Of a stretch of 40,894 bases of DNA, positions 8,611 through 18,347 are shown piece after piece. The DNA is taken from positions 1 to 40,894 of the forward strand of contig BTVJ01000065.1 in the NCBI GenBank assembly GCA_045863395.1, in the 5' to 3' direction. Source of the stretch: Myxococcales bacterium (GTDB lineage: Bacteria; Myxococcota_A; UBA9042; JABWCM01; BTVJ01). The notes beneath the pieces are model-generated. The model was not told the origin of the DNA. It was given only the letters and a program-made list of their open reading frames with translations, and did not search any database. Made by a program: the position numbers and the translations under genes. Every line of letters begins with the position of its first letter. Within the stretch, counting starts at the first letter, position 1.

Positions 8611-10665
8611 ATGACCCGACCCTGGCCCCTGGCGCTGCTCCTGACCGCCTGCACGACCTTCACCGGGACCATCCCTGCCGAGACGTCTGGCAGTGACGGT
8701 GGGGGCGGGTTCGGCGGAGGCGGGGGAAAGCCAGCGGACGGCGCCACCGCCGAGCCCCTCAAGTGCACCGCGGCCGTCTGCTGGACCTCGGCCTCGGCGC
8801 CCGACGCCCCAGCCGTGCTCGCGCCCGCCTGCAACCCGGCGGGGGTGCAGCCCGGCTGCCCCGATGGCTGGACCTGCACGACCACCACGGCCAAGGTCCT
8901 CGCTCAGGGGGACCTCCCGGCCCACGAGGCTGCCGAGTGCGTGCCGGGCGCCCCCGCGCAGAAGGTGACGCTCGACACGGCGCCCCGCCCGACCGCGATG
9001 GTCAACGGCGTGGACGTGGCGCTGACCATCACCGTGAACGGCGCGGCGCCGGGGCCCGCGACGAAGCGACCCGGCACCCTGCGCCTGACCCACCGGGACG
9101 ACGGCGCCACCGTCTGGATGGCCCTGCCGTCGAGCGGACCCGTCACCGTGTCCGGCTCGCTGCGGCCAGGGCGCTTCGACGCACGGCTGGACCTCGGGGA
9201 CCGGGGCGCGACGGCCCCTCCGCTGCCGGTCTTCGGCGTCCTGGACGTGACCTCGGGAGGCGAGGCCACCGTCGACGTGGCAGCGCCGCTGAACCAGCTC
9301 ACCGTCCTGCTCGATGGCATCGACGTCAGCGAGGCGGAGCCGGGCGGGTCGCGGGGGGAGCTGGTCATCGTCGACGCCGCGGACCAGGAGGCCCGGGTGC
9401 CGCTCCCGACGACGGGGCCGACGACCGCCGCGGTGGCCCTCCCCGAGGGCACCTATCGGCTGAGCTGGGATGCCTCGGGCGCCACGGCGCTGTTCGTCCC
9501 CCGCCAGCACGTCCTGCTCCAGGAGGGCGCACTCGACGGCTCCCCGCAGACCTTCGAGCTGGAGACCGTCTCCCTCTTCGTGGCTCCCACCATCGACGGC
9601 GCGCCGCCACCGGCCGCCTCGTCCGTGGTGCTGGACACGGGCCTCTTGCCGCCGCGCACGGTCAGCGTCAAGGACGGCGCGGTGGCGACGACGGCCTTCG
9701 TCACGCCCACGGACCTGGCGCTCGTGGTGCCCCCATCGAGCCAGACGGCGCCGCCGGGCACGGTGCGCCTCGCGCAAGGGCACGTGCCGAAAGACCAGGA
9801 GACGGTTGCAGCGGCCCTGCAGACCGTCACGCTGAGCGGCACGGTCACGGTGAACGGAGGCCCCATGGCGCCCCAGTCCGTCGGGACCGCCGCGCGCGTG
9901 GAGCTGCGGGCCGCGCCGGGCCTCACGCCTTGCGCGGTGTCCATCGCGGTGCAGGACGGGTCGTTCAGCGGCAAGGTGTACGCGGCGGAGGCGGACGCCT
10001 GGTACGTCCCGAGCTCCCCGCCCTCAGTGGAGAGACCCCTCCAGGAGCAGCGCCTCGCCTCGGCGGTGGACCCAGGGGACGGCACCACCTTCAACGTGCA
10101 GGTGGCCTCGGTCAGCGTCCAGGTGCTCGCCGGCGGGGCCACGCCCGCCGATGCAGCCCCGGGCGCGGTCCGCGGAGCCGTCAAGCTCGCCCCCAGCGAT
10201 CCCGAGGCGGGCCTCGGCACCCTGTCGGCGCCGCTCCCGACCGAGGGAGTCGCCAGCGTGACCATCCCCGTGACGCCTGGTACCTACGACGTGCTCGTGG
10301 AGCTGCTGCCGGGCGACCCGGCCTGGCCGTCCGAGCCCGCGGTGGCCCTCCCCGCCCGGACGATCACGGGCGCCGAGTCCCTGATCGTCGACGTGGCCGC
10401 CGCGCCCCTGACGCTGGAGCTGACCCTGGGAGGCGCGCCGCCGCCGGCCCAGCCGACTGCCGGTGGGCGGGGGTCCATCCGCCTGGTGTCCAGCCGCGGC
10501 GAGTCCGTGGAAACGCCGCTGGCTCCCGCGGGGCCTGCCGCGGTGACCCTGCCGCTGTGGGCGGGCACCTGGAGCGCCTACTACCTCTGCAATGAACCCT
10601 GCAAGAGCCCGCTCGCTCCCGTGTGGCCGACGCCGCTGGCCGAGGGGCTGCGCGTCTCCCCGTAG
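8611..10665 (+). CDS. Surface lipoprotein with Cys-rich N-terminus and repeated beta-sandwich domains
   Basis: Lipobox LTA-C. Four to five degenerate repeats of LT.T..G.P...RG.L.L....LP..GP....L.PGTY, resembling carboxypeptidase-regulatory/prealbumin-like domains. Confidence 0.7.
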   Translation: MTRPWPLALLLTACTTFTGTIPAETSGSDGGGGFGGGGGKPADGATAEPLKCTAAVCWTSASAPDAPAVLAPACNPAGVQPGCPDGWTCTTTTAKVLAQGDLPAHEAAECVPGAPAQKVTLDTAPRPTAMVNGVDVALTITVNGAAPGPATKRPGTLRLTHRDDGATVWMALPSSGPVTVSGSLRPGRFDARLDLGDRGATAPPLPVFGVLDVTSGGEATVDVAAPLNQLTVLLDGIDVSEAEPGGSRGELVIVDAADQEARVPLPTTGPTTAAVALPEGTYRLSWDASGATALFVPRQHVLLQEGALDGSPQTFELETVSLFVAPTIDGAPPPAASSVVLDTGLLPPRTVSVKDGAVATTAFVTPTDLALVVPPSSQTAPPGTVRLAQGHVPKDQETVAAALQTVTLSGTVTVNGGPMAPQSVGTAARVELRAAPGLTPCAVSIAVQDGSFSGKVYAAEADAWYVPSSPPSVERPLQEQRLASAVDPGDGTTFNVQVASVSVQVLAGGATPADAAPGAVRGAVKLAPSDPEAGLGTLSAPLPTEGVASVTIPVTPGTYDVLVELLPGDPAWPSEPAVALPARTITGAESLIVDVAAAPLTLELTLGGAPPPAQPTAGGRGSIRLVSSRGESVETPLAPAGPAAVTLPLWAGTWSAYYLCNEPCKSPLAPVWPTPLAEGLRVSP

Positions 10666-10692
10666 CACCTCTGCCCGGGCCCTGGGCCGTCG

Positions 10693-12087
10693 TCACGCAC
10701 CGCTTCGCAGCAGCCGGCCCAGCGACGCCGGGTCCAGGTGGGCCACGGAGTGCCGCCCGATGTCCAGGAGGGTGCGCAGCCGCCCCCCCGAGGGCGCCGC
10801 GACGGTGCGACCCATGGCCCCCGCGACCACCCGCAGGTACTCCCGCGCGAAGACCGCCGGGCTCGTCGTGTCTCCACCGAGCAGGCCCAACGTGGCGCGA
10901 CGAAAGTGGGGGCTGGCCTCCCAGGATCGGAACACGCCGCCCCGAAGCGCGCCCGCGCCCGGCTCCGGCGACCGGAAGACCTCGTACAGCGCCCGCGCCA
11001 GGAGCGCCCGCGTCTCGAAGAAGGGCCGGCGGTCCCGCTGGTACCGGCGCAGAGGCGCGTCGTCCCGGCCGCCCCCGTCCAGGTACGCGTCCACCCCGGC
11101 GAGCAGATGCCGCACGTCGTTCAGCCCGTTGGTCATGCCTGCCGCCGTCATGGGGTGGGCGCACCCGCAGGCGTCTCCGACCAGCACGGCGCCCGGCAGC
11201 CAGACCCGCTCGGCCGCCATGCGGTAGTTGGGGGCGATCTGGAGTTGGTCCGGGCGCTCGATGGCCGCCTCCACCGCGGGCCGGAACTCCGCGGGCAGGA
11301 GCGGTACGTACTGCTCTCGCAGGTGCGCGGCCAGCCGGTCGCGCCGCCCCTCCGAGAAGTCCGGCGGGAGATCGAACACCATGCGGGCCTCGGTGGCGCT
11401 GATCGGGTAGGCCAGCACGGGTCCCCAGGCGCCGAGGAAGATGTGCCCGTGGCCGGCCACCGGCAAGGCACTGGCTGGGACGGTCGCGCCCCCGCTGAAG
11501 CTGATGCGCTCCTCGTCGGGATCCAGCCCCAGCGCCTTGCGCACCCGCGAGTGGCGCCCGTCGGCGACCACCAGGAGCGTCGCGTAGATGTCGCGCGGCT
11601 CCCCGGAGCGACCCGCGAGGCGGGCTCCGAAGACGCGCCCTTGTGAGACCAGCGGCGCCTCGACGCGCCCGTGGACCCAGGTCACTCCCGTCGCCGCGGC
11701 GGCGCGCTCGCGCAGCGTCTCCACCAGGACGTGGTGGGGAATGGCCAGGCCCCGGGGCGGCACGCCGCGGATCTCGTCGTAGCGGAGCAGCGTGGGGTCC
11801 TCGTGCGAGCTGCCCGGGAACACCGCGAACCCGTGGACGTCGATGGCGCCGGCCCCGTGGAGGGGGCCCAGCAGACCGAGGCGCTCCAGGATCGCGACGC
11901 CCGCCGGGTGCATCAGCTCCCCGGCGAGGCGCTTGTGGGCCGCCCCCGGCTTCGCCTCGACGACCGCCACGCGCCGCCCCTCCCGCGCGAGCGCGCTCGC
12001 CACGACGCTCCCGATGAAGCCGCCGCCAGCCACGATGACGTCCACGGTGCGGGGCAGGTCGCTGACCGACGCGTAGGGCACACCCAT
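10693..12087 (-). CDS. FAD-dependent monooxygenase, squalene epoxidase-like
   Basis: GGAGGAG RBS. Motifs DVIVAGGGFIG, GELMHPAG, ADGRHSRVRK, HGHIFLG..GPVLAYPISATEAR and GDACGCAHPMTAAGMTNGLND parallel SQLE motifs GELLQPGG, HGHVIL..YxIS..E.R and GDA.NMRHPLTGGGMTV. Confidence 0.75.
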   Translation of the reverse strand: MGVPYASVSDLPRTVDVIVAGGGFIGSVVASALAREGRRVAVVEAKPGAAHKRLAGELMHPAGVAILERLGLLGPLHGAGAIDVHGFAVFPGSSHEDPTLLRYDEIRGVPPRGLAIPHHVLVETLRERAAAATGVTWVHGRVEAPLVSQGRVFGARLAGRSGEPRDIYATLLVVADGRHSRVRKALGLDPDEERISFSGGATVPASALPVAGHGHIFLGAWGPVLAYPISATEARMVFDLPPDFSEGRRDRLAAHLREQYVPLLPAEFRPAVEAAIERPDQLQIAPNYRMAAERVWLPGAVLVGDACGCAHPMTAAGMTNGLNDVRHLLAGVDAYLDGGGRDDAPLRRYQRDRRPFFETRALLARALYEVFRSPEPGAGALRGGVFRSWEASPHFRRATLGLLGGDTTSPAVFAREYLRVVAGAMGRTVAAPSGGRLRTLLDIGRHSVAHLDPASLGRLLRSGA

Positions 12088-12121
12088 TCCAGGCTCCTCC
12101 AAAGTGCAGCATGTTCGTGGA

Positions 12122-12140
12122 ACCCGACCATTGGTCGGGT
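12122..12140. promoter_or_regulatory. Perfect palindrome ACCCGACCA-T-TGGTCGGGT, TetR-like operator candidate
   Basis: 9-bp perfect arms in the divergent intergenic region, at the predicted transcription start of the minus-strand promoter. Confidence 0.6.
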
Positions 12141-12146
12141 CTGGCG

Positions 12147-12175
12147 ATGATGGCCAGCGCCCCACGCGCCGTCAA
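12147..12175 (-). promoter_or_regulatory. Sigma70-like promoter for the squalene-epoxidase-like gene
   Basis: Minus strand TTGACG-N17-CATCAT. Confidence 0.5.
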
Positions 12176-12289
12176 CAAATTTCGACTCACGGTCTGGTTT
12201 TTCTCGAACGCCGGTCGCCTGTCATGGATGCGACACCGCGGCGGCTCTGCTATGCTCCGCACCCCCGGAGGGTGCCCCTCGGAGGTGTC

Positions 12290-15028
12290 ATGCGGAGCAG
12301 GTTCCTCGCGACGGCAGTCCGGCTCGCCGTCGATCATCGGCGGGTCGTTTTCGCGGTGTGGGTCGCCCTGTGCGTGGCGTCGGTGGCCGTGCTCCTGACG
12401 CGCGGCCTGCGCATCGACACGTCCCGGCAGGCCATGGTGAGCGAGGACAACGTCGACTCCCGGCGCTACCAGGAGCTGCTGCGGGAGTTCGGCACGCCGC
12501 TCCACGTCGTGCTGGTGGTCGAGGGGGACGACCCGACCACGAACCGCGCCTACGCGGACACCCTCGCCGCAGCGCTCCGCACCCAGGACACCGTCGGAGA
12601 CGTGCTGTACCGGGCGGACACGGCGGCCATGCGCAGCTACGCCCTGCTCTATGCGCCGCTGCCAGAGCTCCAGGCCCTGCGAGAGCGCCTGCGCGCGGCC
12701 GCCGACGCCATGGGACGCACCGCGGAGACCAATGCCCGCCTGGACATCCAGGGTCTGACGGGCGCCCTCGAGGAGGCCAACCAGGCGCTCTCGTCCCTGG
12801 AGGAGGGCGACACGGAGGGCTGGGGGCGGGCCCAATCCCTCGCAGACCACGCGGGGCAGGTCAATGACGCCGTCGGGGCCATCTTCCAGGTGGTCCGGGA
12901 CGCCCTGTCCACCGACGGGTGGACCGAGCTGCAGCTCGTCAAGTCCGTCGGCGCGACCGACGTCGCCGCGGCCGGCATCGACGACCACGGCTACCTCTCC
13001 GCGAGGGACGGGCGCCTCCTGCTCCTGTTCGTGAAGCCTGCGAGCCCGAGCGAGCAGGTCGGCTACCTCATCCCCATGGTGGACGCCGTCCGCCGCACCG
13101 CCGAGGCCCTCGCCCCGCCGGGCGTCACCGTCGGCGTCACCGGCTCCCCCGCCTTCGTCGCCGAGGAGATGCTCCAGGTCAACCACGACATGATCCTGAC
13201 CGGGACGGTCTCACTGGTCGCGGTGCTCCTGCTGTTCCTCCTCGCCTACCGCTCCCTGGTCAAGACGGCGCTCGTCTTCGTTCCGCTGCTCGCCGGGGTG
13301 CTGCTCGCGGTCGGCGTCGTCTCGCTGGTGCTCGGGCACCTGAACCTCATGTCGAGCATGTTCTTCGCCATCCTGGTGGGCCTGGGCATCGACTTCGGCA
13401 TCCACCTGATCACGCGCTTCGACGAGGCGGTCGGCGGCGGCGCAGACCGCGCCGCGGCCCTGGAGGAGACCCTCCACAGCGCGGGCCCCGGCGTGCTCAC
13501 CGGCGCCCTGACCACCGTCGCCGCCTTCCTGACCATGACGGCCAGCGAGTTCACCGCCATGCGGGAGCTGGGCCTGGTCGCCGGGACCGGGGTGCTCCTG
13601 GTGCTGCTCGCGACGCTCACGCTGCTGCCCTGCATGCTCGGCGGGGCGAGCGCCCCAGCGACCGCGGCCCCAAGACACCACATGCACCGCTTCCTGTCCC
13701 GCTTCGCCCGCTACCCTGGCTGGAGCCTCCTGGTCTCGGCCGCGATCACCGCCGCGCTGGCGTCCGCGATCCGCCCGATCACCTTCGACTTCGACATCAA
13801 GCAGTTCCTGCCGGCCGACAGCCCGGCCATGAAGGCGTTCACCACCATCGAGGAGAGTGACTACTACAACCCGGACTTCGCGGTGCTCGTCGCCGGCAGC
13901 CTCACCGAGGCGCGGGAGTGGACACGCGCCCTGGAGCGTCAGACGGATCTGGTCGCCCGCGTCGAGTCCATCGCCACCTACCTGCCTGCCGACCAGGACA
14001 CCAAGGAGCCGGTGGTGCGCGAGGTGGCGGCCCTGGCCCGCCGCTTCCCGCTGCTGAAGCTCCAACCGGACGCGACCCCCGACGCGGCCCGCTTCCGCGC
14101 CGCGCTGAGCAAGACCGTCGAGTACCTGGAGGTGGATGTCCCGCTGACACTGCAGATGCACGGGCTCGCCACGCTGGCCCCGGGCGCCCGACAGCTCGCC
14201 GAGGAGGCGCGGCGCACCCTCGAGGCCATCGAGGGTCTGCCCGACGCGACCCTCTCGGCACGCCTCGCCAACCTGGAGACGCGCCTCGCCGGCATGCTGG
14301 ACGGCACCGAGGAGCTGATCCACTCGGGCAGGACGCGCGTCGCCCCAGAGGACCTCCCCGAGGAGGTCGTCAACCAGTACTACCGAGTGTCAGAGAACGG
14401 CGAACGGCTCGTGGTGCGCGTGTTCCCCAAGGGCAGCATCTCGGACCCGGAGTTCATGGGCCGCTTCCGCGCGGCCCTCGCCGCCATCTACCCCGACGTC
14501 ACCGGCTACCCGATCACGTTTCTGGCCTTCGGGGAGCTGCTGCGCGACGGCCTGGAGCTGGCCGGGGTCCTGGCGCTCATCTTGATCGTGGTGCTGCTCG
14601 GCGTCGACCTCCGCTCCGCGCGCGACGTGGTGGCGAGCCTCGTCCCCCTGGCCCTCGGCGTCGTCTGGATGATCGGCGGCATGAACCTGCTCGGCATCGG
14701 CTACAACTTCGCCAACCTCATGGCCGTCCCGCTGCTGCTGGGCATGGGCATCGACAGCGGCGTCCACATCGTCCATCGCTGGCGCCAGGGGACGGCCCCC
14801 GCAGACGTGGCCGGCACGGCGGGCAAGGCGGTCACCCTCTCGTCGCTGACCACCATGGCGAGCTTCGGCTCCATGGCGCTCGCAGATCACCGGGGCATGC
14901 AGTCGCTGGGCGAGACCCTGCTCCTGGGCATGGGGGCGTGTCTGGTCCTGTCCGTGGTTGCGCTGCCGGCGCTGCTCGCCCTCTACGAGAGGTTCACCGC
15001 TTCACGGCGGTCGCCGGGTGGACCTTGA
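12290..15028 (+). CDS. MMPL/RND lipid transporter, HpnN/BstA-like
   Basis: GGAGGT RBS; two TM bundles with GLGIDFGIH and GMGIDSGVH motifs; large periplasmic loops; HRGMQSLG near the C-terminus; 912 aa. Confidence 0.88.
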   Translation: MRSRFLATAVRLAVDHRRVVFAVWVALCVASVAVLLTRGLRIDTSRQAMVSEDNVDSRRYQELLREFGTPLHVVLVVEGDDPTTNRAYADTLAAALRTQDTVGDVLYRADTAAMRSYALLYAPLPELQALRERLRAAADAMGRTAETNARLDIQGLTGALEEANQALSSLEEGDTEGWGRAQSLADHAGQVNDAVGAIFQVVRDALSTDGWTELQLVKSVGATDVAAAGIDDHGYLSARDGRLLLLFVKPASPSEQVGYLIPMVDAVRRTAEALAPPGVTVGVTGSPAFVAEEMLQVNHDMILTGTVSLVAVLLLFLLAYRSLVKTALVFVPLLAGVLLAVGVVSLVLGHLNLMSSMFFAILVGLGIDFGIHLITRFDEAVGGGADRAAALEETLHSAGPGVLTGALTTVAAFLTMTASEFTAMRELGLVAGTGVLLVLLATLTLLPCMLGGASAPATAAPRHHMHRFLSRFARYPGWSLLVSAAITAALASAIRPITFDFDIKQFLPADSPAMKAFTTIEESDYYNPDFAVLVAGSLTEAREWTRALERQTDLVARVESIATYLPADQDTKEPVVREVAALARRFPLLKLQPDATPDAARFRAALSKTVEYLEVDVPLTLQMHGLATLAPGARQLAEEARRTLEAIEGLPDATLSARLANLETRLAGMLDGTEELIHSGRTRVAPEDLPEEVVNQYYRVSENGERLVVRVFPKGSISDPEFMGRFRAALAAIYPDVTGYPITFLAFGELLRDGLELAGVLALILIVVLLGVDLRSARDVVASLVPLALGVVWMIGGMNLLGIGYNFANLMAVPLLLGMGIDSGVHIVHRWRQGTAPADVAGTAGKAVTLSSLTTMASFGSMALADHRGMQSLGETLLLGMGACLVLSVVALPALLALYERFTASRRSPGGP

Positions 15029-16355
15029 AGTAGGCCTCCAGGGCGGCCCGCCCCAGGTGGGTGCCCTTGATGCGCCAGGCGCCTGCGTTGGACACCAGCG
15101 CCGCGACGGCGATCTGGGGCGCCTCCGCCGGCGCCAGCGCGACGAACCAGGTGTTGAAGTGGCCGATGCCGCTGTCCTTGCTGGACAGGGAGCCCGTCTT
15201 GCCCGCGATGGCGACACCCTGGAGCGGCGGCTCCGCCTTCTTGAAGTACTTGGCCGCGGTGCCCTCGGTCGTCGTGGTGACCATCATGCGGGTGACGGTG
15301 CGGGCGGTCTCCGGCGAGACGATCTGCCGCAGCTCCCGCGGCTTCGCCTCGTAGATGGTCACGCCGCCGCGCTCGATGCGGTCGACGAGCTGCGGCTCCA
15401 GCATGCGCCCGTCATTGCCGAGCGCGCCCATGAAGAGCGCGGCGTGCAGGGGGCTGAGCTTCGTGTGGTGGAAGCCGGCGGCCGACGCCGCGTACTTCAC
15501 GCGGTCCTCCGGGAGGTCCGCCCGGCTCGGCTGGACGTCCATCACGAACGGGATGCGCGCGTTGAAGCCGAAGCGCTCCGCCCAGGCGGTCAGCTCGGCC
15601 CGGTCGAGCAGGCGGTCCGCCAGCTTGGCGAACACCGGGTTCGTGGACTTGCCGAGGGCCTGGGCGAGAGTGATGCACGCCGTGTCCGCCTTCGGGTTGT
15701 CCGTGATGTGCTGCTTCGTGATGCCGTGCAGTCCCCCGTGGTAGCACGTCTTCTGGTCCGGCGAGACGCCCTCCCCCTCCACGAGCGCGGCGGTCGTCAC
15801 GATCTTGAACACGCTCGCCGCCGGCTGGGTCGCCTCCAGCGCGAACCGACGTCCGGGCTTCTCGGCCGAGTGATCCGCCAGGGCCAGGACGCGCCCCGTG
15901 GCCGGCTCCACCGCCACGAGAGCACCGATGGGCACGTCGTACTTCTGCAGCACCTGCTCCGCCCGCTGCTGCAGCGCGGGGATCAGCGTCAGCGTCACCC
16001 TGCGGCCGTCCGCCAGGTCGATCACGTACCGCCCGTCCACGACCTTGGCCGCCTTGAGATCGAGCGCCTCGGGCGGCACCAGGTCCGCCGCGCGGGTGGC
16101 CACGGCGACCGGGTCCTCGGGCTTGATGGCGGCCGGCTTCGCCAGGGGCGAGGACGCGACCAGCGGGATGGCGTCGGCCCGGGCGAGGTCGAGCCCCTGC
16201 GTCCACACGTGGGCGCCTGCGCCCAGCCCCAGCCCGATCCCCGCCAGCACCGCGATGGTCATGCGCCCGCGGCGCGACAGCGGCGTTCGTGGGCGCTTCT
16301 CTTCCGTCTGCCGGGTGACCCGCGACTTCCTGTTGACCGGTCTTCGCTCTGCCAT
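14994..16355 (-). CDS. Penicillin-binding protein, transpeptidase domain with N-terminal anchor
   Basis: SxxK (ASVFK), SxN (STN) and KTG motifs; single N-terminal TM; no transglycosylase domain; 35-nt convergent overlap with the RND gene. Confidence 0.9.
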   Translation of the reverse strand: MAERRPVNRKSRVTRQTEEKRPRTPLSRRGRMTIAVLAGIGLGLGAGAHVWTQGLDLARADAIPLVASSPLAKPAAIKPEDPVAVATRAADLVPPEALDLKAAKVVDGRYVIDLADGRRVTLTLIPALQQRAEQVLQKYDVPIGALVAVEPATGRVLALADHSAEKPGRRFALEATQPAASVFKIVTTAALVEGEGVSPDQKTCYHGGLHGITKQHITDNPKADTACITLAQALGKSTNPVFAKLADRLLDRAELTAWAERFGFNARIPFVMDVQPSRADLPEDRVKYAASAAGFHHTKLSPLHAALFMGALGNDGRMLEPQLVDRIERGGVTIYEAKPRELRQIVSPETARTVTRMMVTTTTEGTAAKYFKKAEPPLQGVAIAGKTGSLSSKDSGIGHFNTWFVALAPAEAPQIAVAALVSNAGAWRIKGTHLGRAALEAYFKVHPATAVKR

Positions 16356-16479
16356 GTGGAGACCCCGCTGTGCGCCGAAACGCGCGGACTCTAGCACACG
16401 AGTCATATTGAGCAAGAACAGTTGCCGGAGCGAGCCCACCCAACGTCTCTGGCAACGCCCGGAGGCGGCGATCCCATCC

Positions 16480-16509
16480 TTGACACCCCCGGGAGCGCCG
16501 CGATAGGTT
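16480..16509 (+). promoter_or_regulatory. Sigma70-like promoter upstream of the AMP-binding/GT2 operon
   Basis: TTGACA-N18-TAGGTT. Confidence 0.4.
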
Positions 16510-16582
16510 CCGGCGCTGCTCGCGGCCCTCGCGGCCACGAGCGACGGCGCCCCCGACGGCCGCAAGGCACCGGAGAGACGGC

Positions 16583-18346
16583 ATGGCCGACGCCCGGTCA
16601 CTGGCCCGCATGTTCGACTGGCGGGTCAAGCGCAGCCAGAACCTCGCGGCGCTCCGCTTCCGCGTGGCCGGAGGCTTCCGCGATCTCACCTACGGCGAGT
16701 GGCAGGCGCGCGCCCGCAGGGCTGCCCGGGGCCTGATGGGCCTTGGCGTCGGCGTCGGCGACCGCGTCGCGCTGCTCACTCGCCCGAGCGCCCCCTGGGC
16801 GGTCATGGAGATGGGCACCACCCTGGCCGGCGCCGTCTGCGTGCCGCTCTACCCCACCGCTCCGGTCGATCACCTCCTCGACACGGTCGCCGCCTGCGAG
16901 GCGCGCGTCCTGGTCGTCGACCGCCCCGAGCAGCTTCGCCACATCTGGGACGAGCGCCATCGCATCCCCACGGTCGAGCGGGTCGTCGTGCTGCACCGGG
17001 ACGGGCCCTCGACGAGCGGCACCGACTCCGAAGGCCCGCGCCAACCCCACCTGTGGCTGGACGAGCTGCTCGACGCCTGGAGCGCCACCGACGGGGACGA
17101 CCAGCTCGCGCGCGAGGAGCGCCTGACCGCTTCCTCGCCCGCAGCCGTGGTCATGACCGCGGGCACAACGGAGGCGCAGGAGGCCGTCGCCCTCACCCAC
17201 GGGCACCTGACCTCCCAGGCGGAGGCCCTGGCAGACGCGCTCGCCCTCTCGGACGGCGACGTGCTGCTCCTCGGCCAGCCACCCGCCTGGGCGTTCGCGC
17301 GAGCGCTCCTGCTGGCCTCGGTCCGCGCCGGCGCGATCACCGCCCTGTCCCCCGACCAGGAGACCGCCCTGGAGGACGCGCGAGACGTCCACCCGACCCT
17401 CTTCGCCGCGACCACCACGCTCTGCGAGCGCTTGTACCGGGGCGTCGTGGCGGACCTGCCCGACCGCAGCGTGGCCGGCCAGCGCGTGCTGGCCTGGGCG
17501 CGCTCGCTGGGTACGGAGGTCTCCCGCATGAGGGAGTCGGGCAAGCCCCCGGACCGCTTCCTGTCCCTTCAGCGGTCCCTGGCGAGCCGCCTGGCTTTCG
17601 GTCCACTCCGCGCCCGGTTCGGCGGACGCCTCAGGCTGCTGGTGGGCTCGGGCGGCCGCATGCCGCGCTCGGTGGCAGAGCTCTTCGACGCTGCTGACCT
17701 GCGGCTGGTGGAGGCCTACGCCCTGACCGGCGCCTCCGGTGTCGCCCATGTGGGCTCCCCGACCGGCTGCCCCCCCGGCTCGGTGGGCCGCGCGCTCCCT
17801 GGGATCGAGTCGCGGGTGGAGGACCAGCAGATCCTGCTGCGGGGCCCGTCCGTCGTGGGCGACTGGCTCGCCACGGGGGACCTCGGGCGCCTGGACGACG
17901 ACGGGCTCCTCTGGCTCATCGGTCGGCGCTCGCAACGCATCACCCTCGCGGGGGGACAGACCGTGGACCCGGCCGCCCTGGAGTCGCTCCTGAGGCAACA
18001 CCCGTTCGTGGAGCACGCCGCGGTCTGCGGCCACGGGCGCGACTACGTGGGCGCCGTCATCGCGCTCGACCGCCGCACGGTCACCCGCTGGGCGGAGCGC
18101 CGCGGCCTGTCCATGCCCTTCGAGGATCTGTGCAGCCACCCGGACGTCTACGGCCTGGTCCAGGGCCACGTCCAGGAGAAGAACAGCGAGCTGGCGGACT
18201 TCGAGTGCATCAGGAAGATCGCGCTGGTGGACGGCGCCCCCTCCGAGGAGACCGGTGACTTGACGCCGATCGGCCTCCTGCGCCGCGCGCCCTTCCTGGA
18301 GCGCTACCGGTGGATCGTGGACAGCTTCTACAGCGAGGCATACTGA
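16583..18346 (+). CDS. Long-chain acyl-CoA synthetase homologue with degenerate catalytic motifs
   Basis: FadD15/ACSL-like layout (VPLYPT, RFGGRLR, ATGDLG, VCGHGRDY). P-loop reads MTAGTTEAQEA, A5 reads AYALTG, A10 reads LTPIGLLRR. Confidence 0.82.
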   Translation: MADARSLARMFDWRVKRSQNLAALRFRVAGGFRDLTYGEWQARARRAARGLMGLGVGVGDRVALLTRPSAPWAVMEMGTTLAGAVCVPLYPTAPVDHLLDTVAACEARVLVVDRPEQLRHIWDERHRIPTVERVVVLHRDGPSTSGTDSEGPRQPHLWLDELLDAWSATDGDDQLAREERLTASSPAAVVMTAGTTEAQEAVALTHGHLTSQAEALADALALSDGDVLLLGQPPAWAFARALLLASVRAGAITALSPDQETALEDARDVHPTLFAATTTLCERLYRGVVADLPDRSVAGQRVLAWARSLGTEVSRMRESGKPPDRFLSLQRSLASRLAFGPLRARFGGRLRLLVGSGGRMPRSVAELFDAADLRLVEAYALTGASGVAHVGSPTGCPPGSVGRALPGIESRVEDQQILLRGPSVVGDWLATGDLGRLDDDGLLWLIGRRSQRITLAGGQTVDPAALESLLRQHPFVEHAAVCGHGRDYVGAVIALDRRTVTRWAERRGLSMPFEDLCSHPDVYGLVQGHVQEKNSELADFECIRKIALVDGAPSEETGDLTPIGLLRRAPFLERYRWIVDSFYSEAY

Positions 18347-18347
18347 C

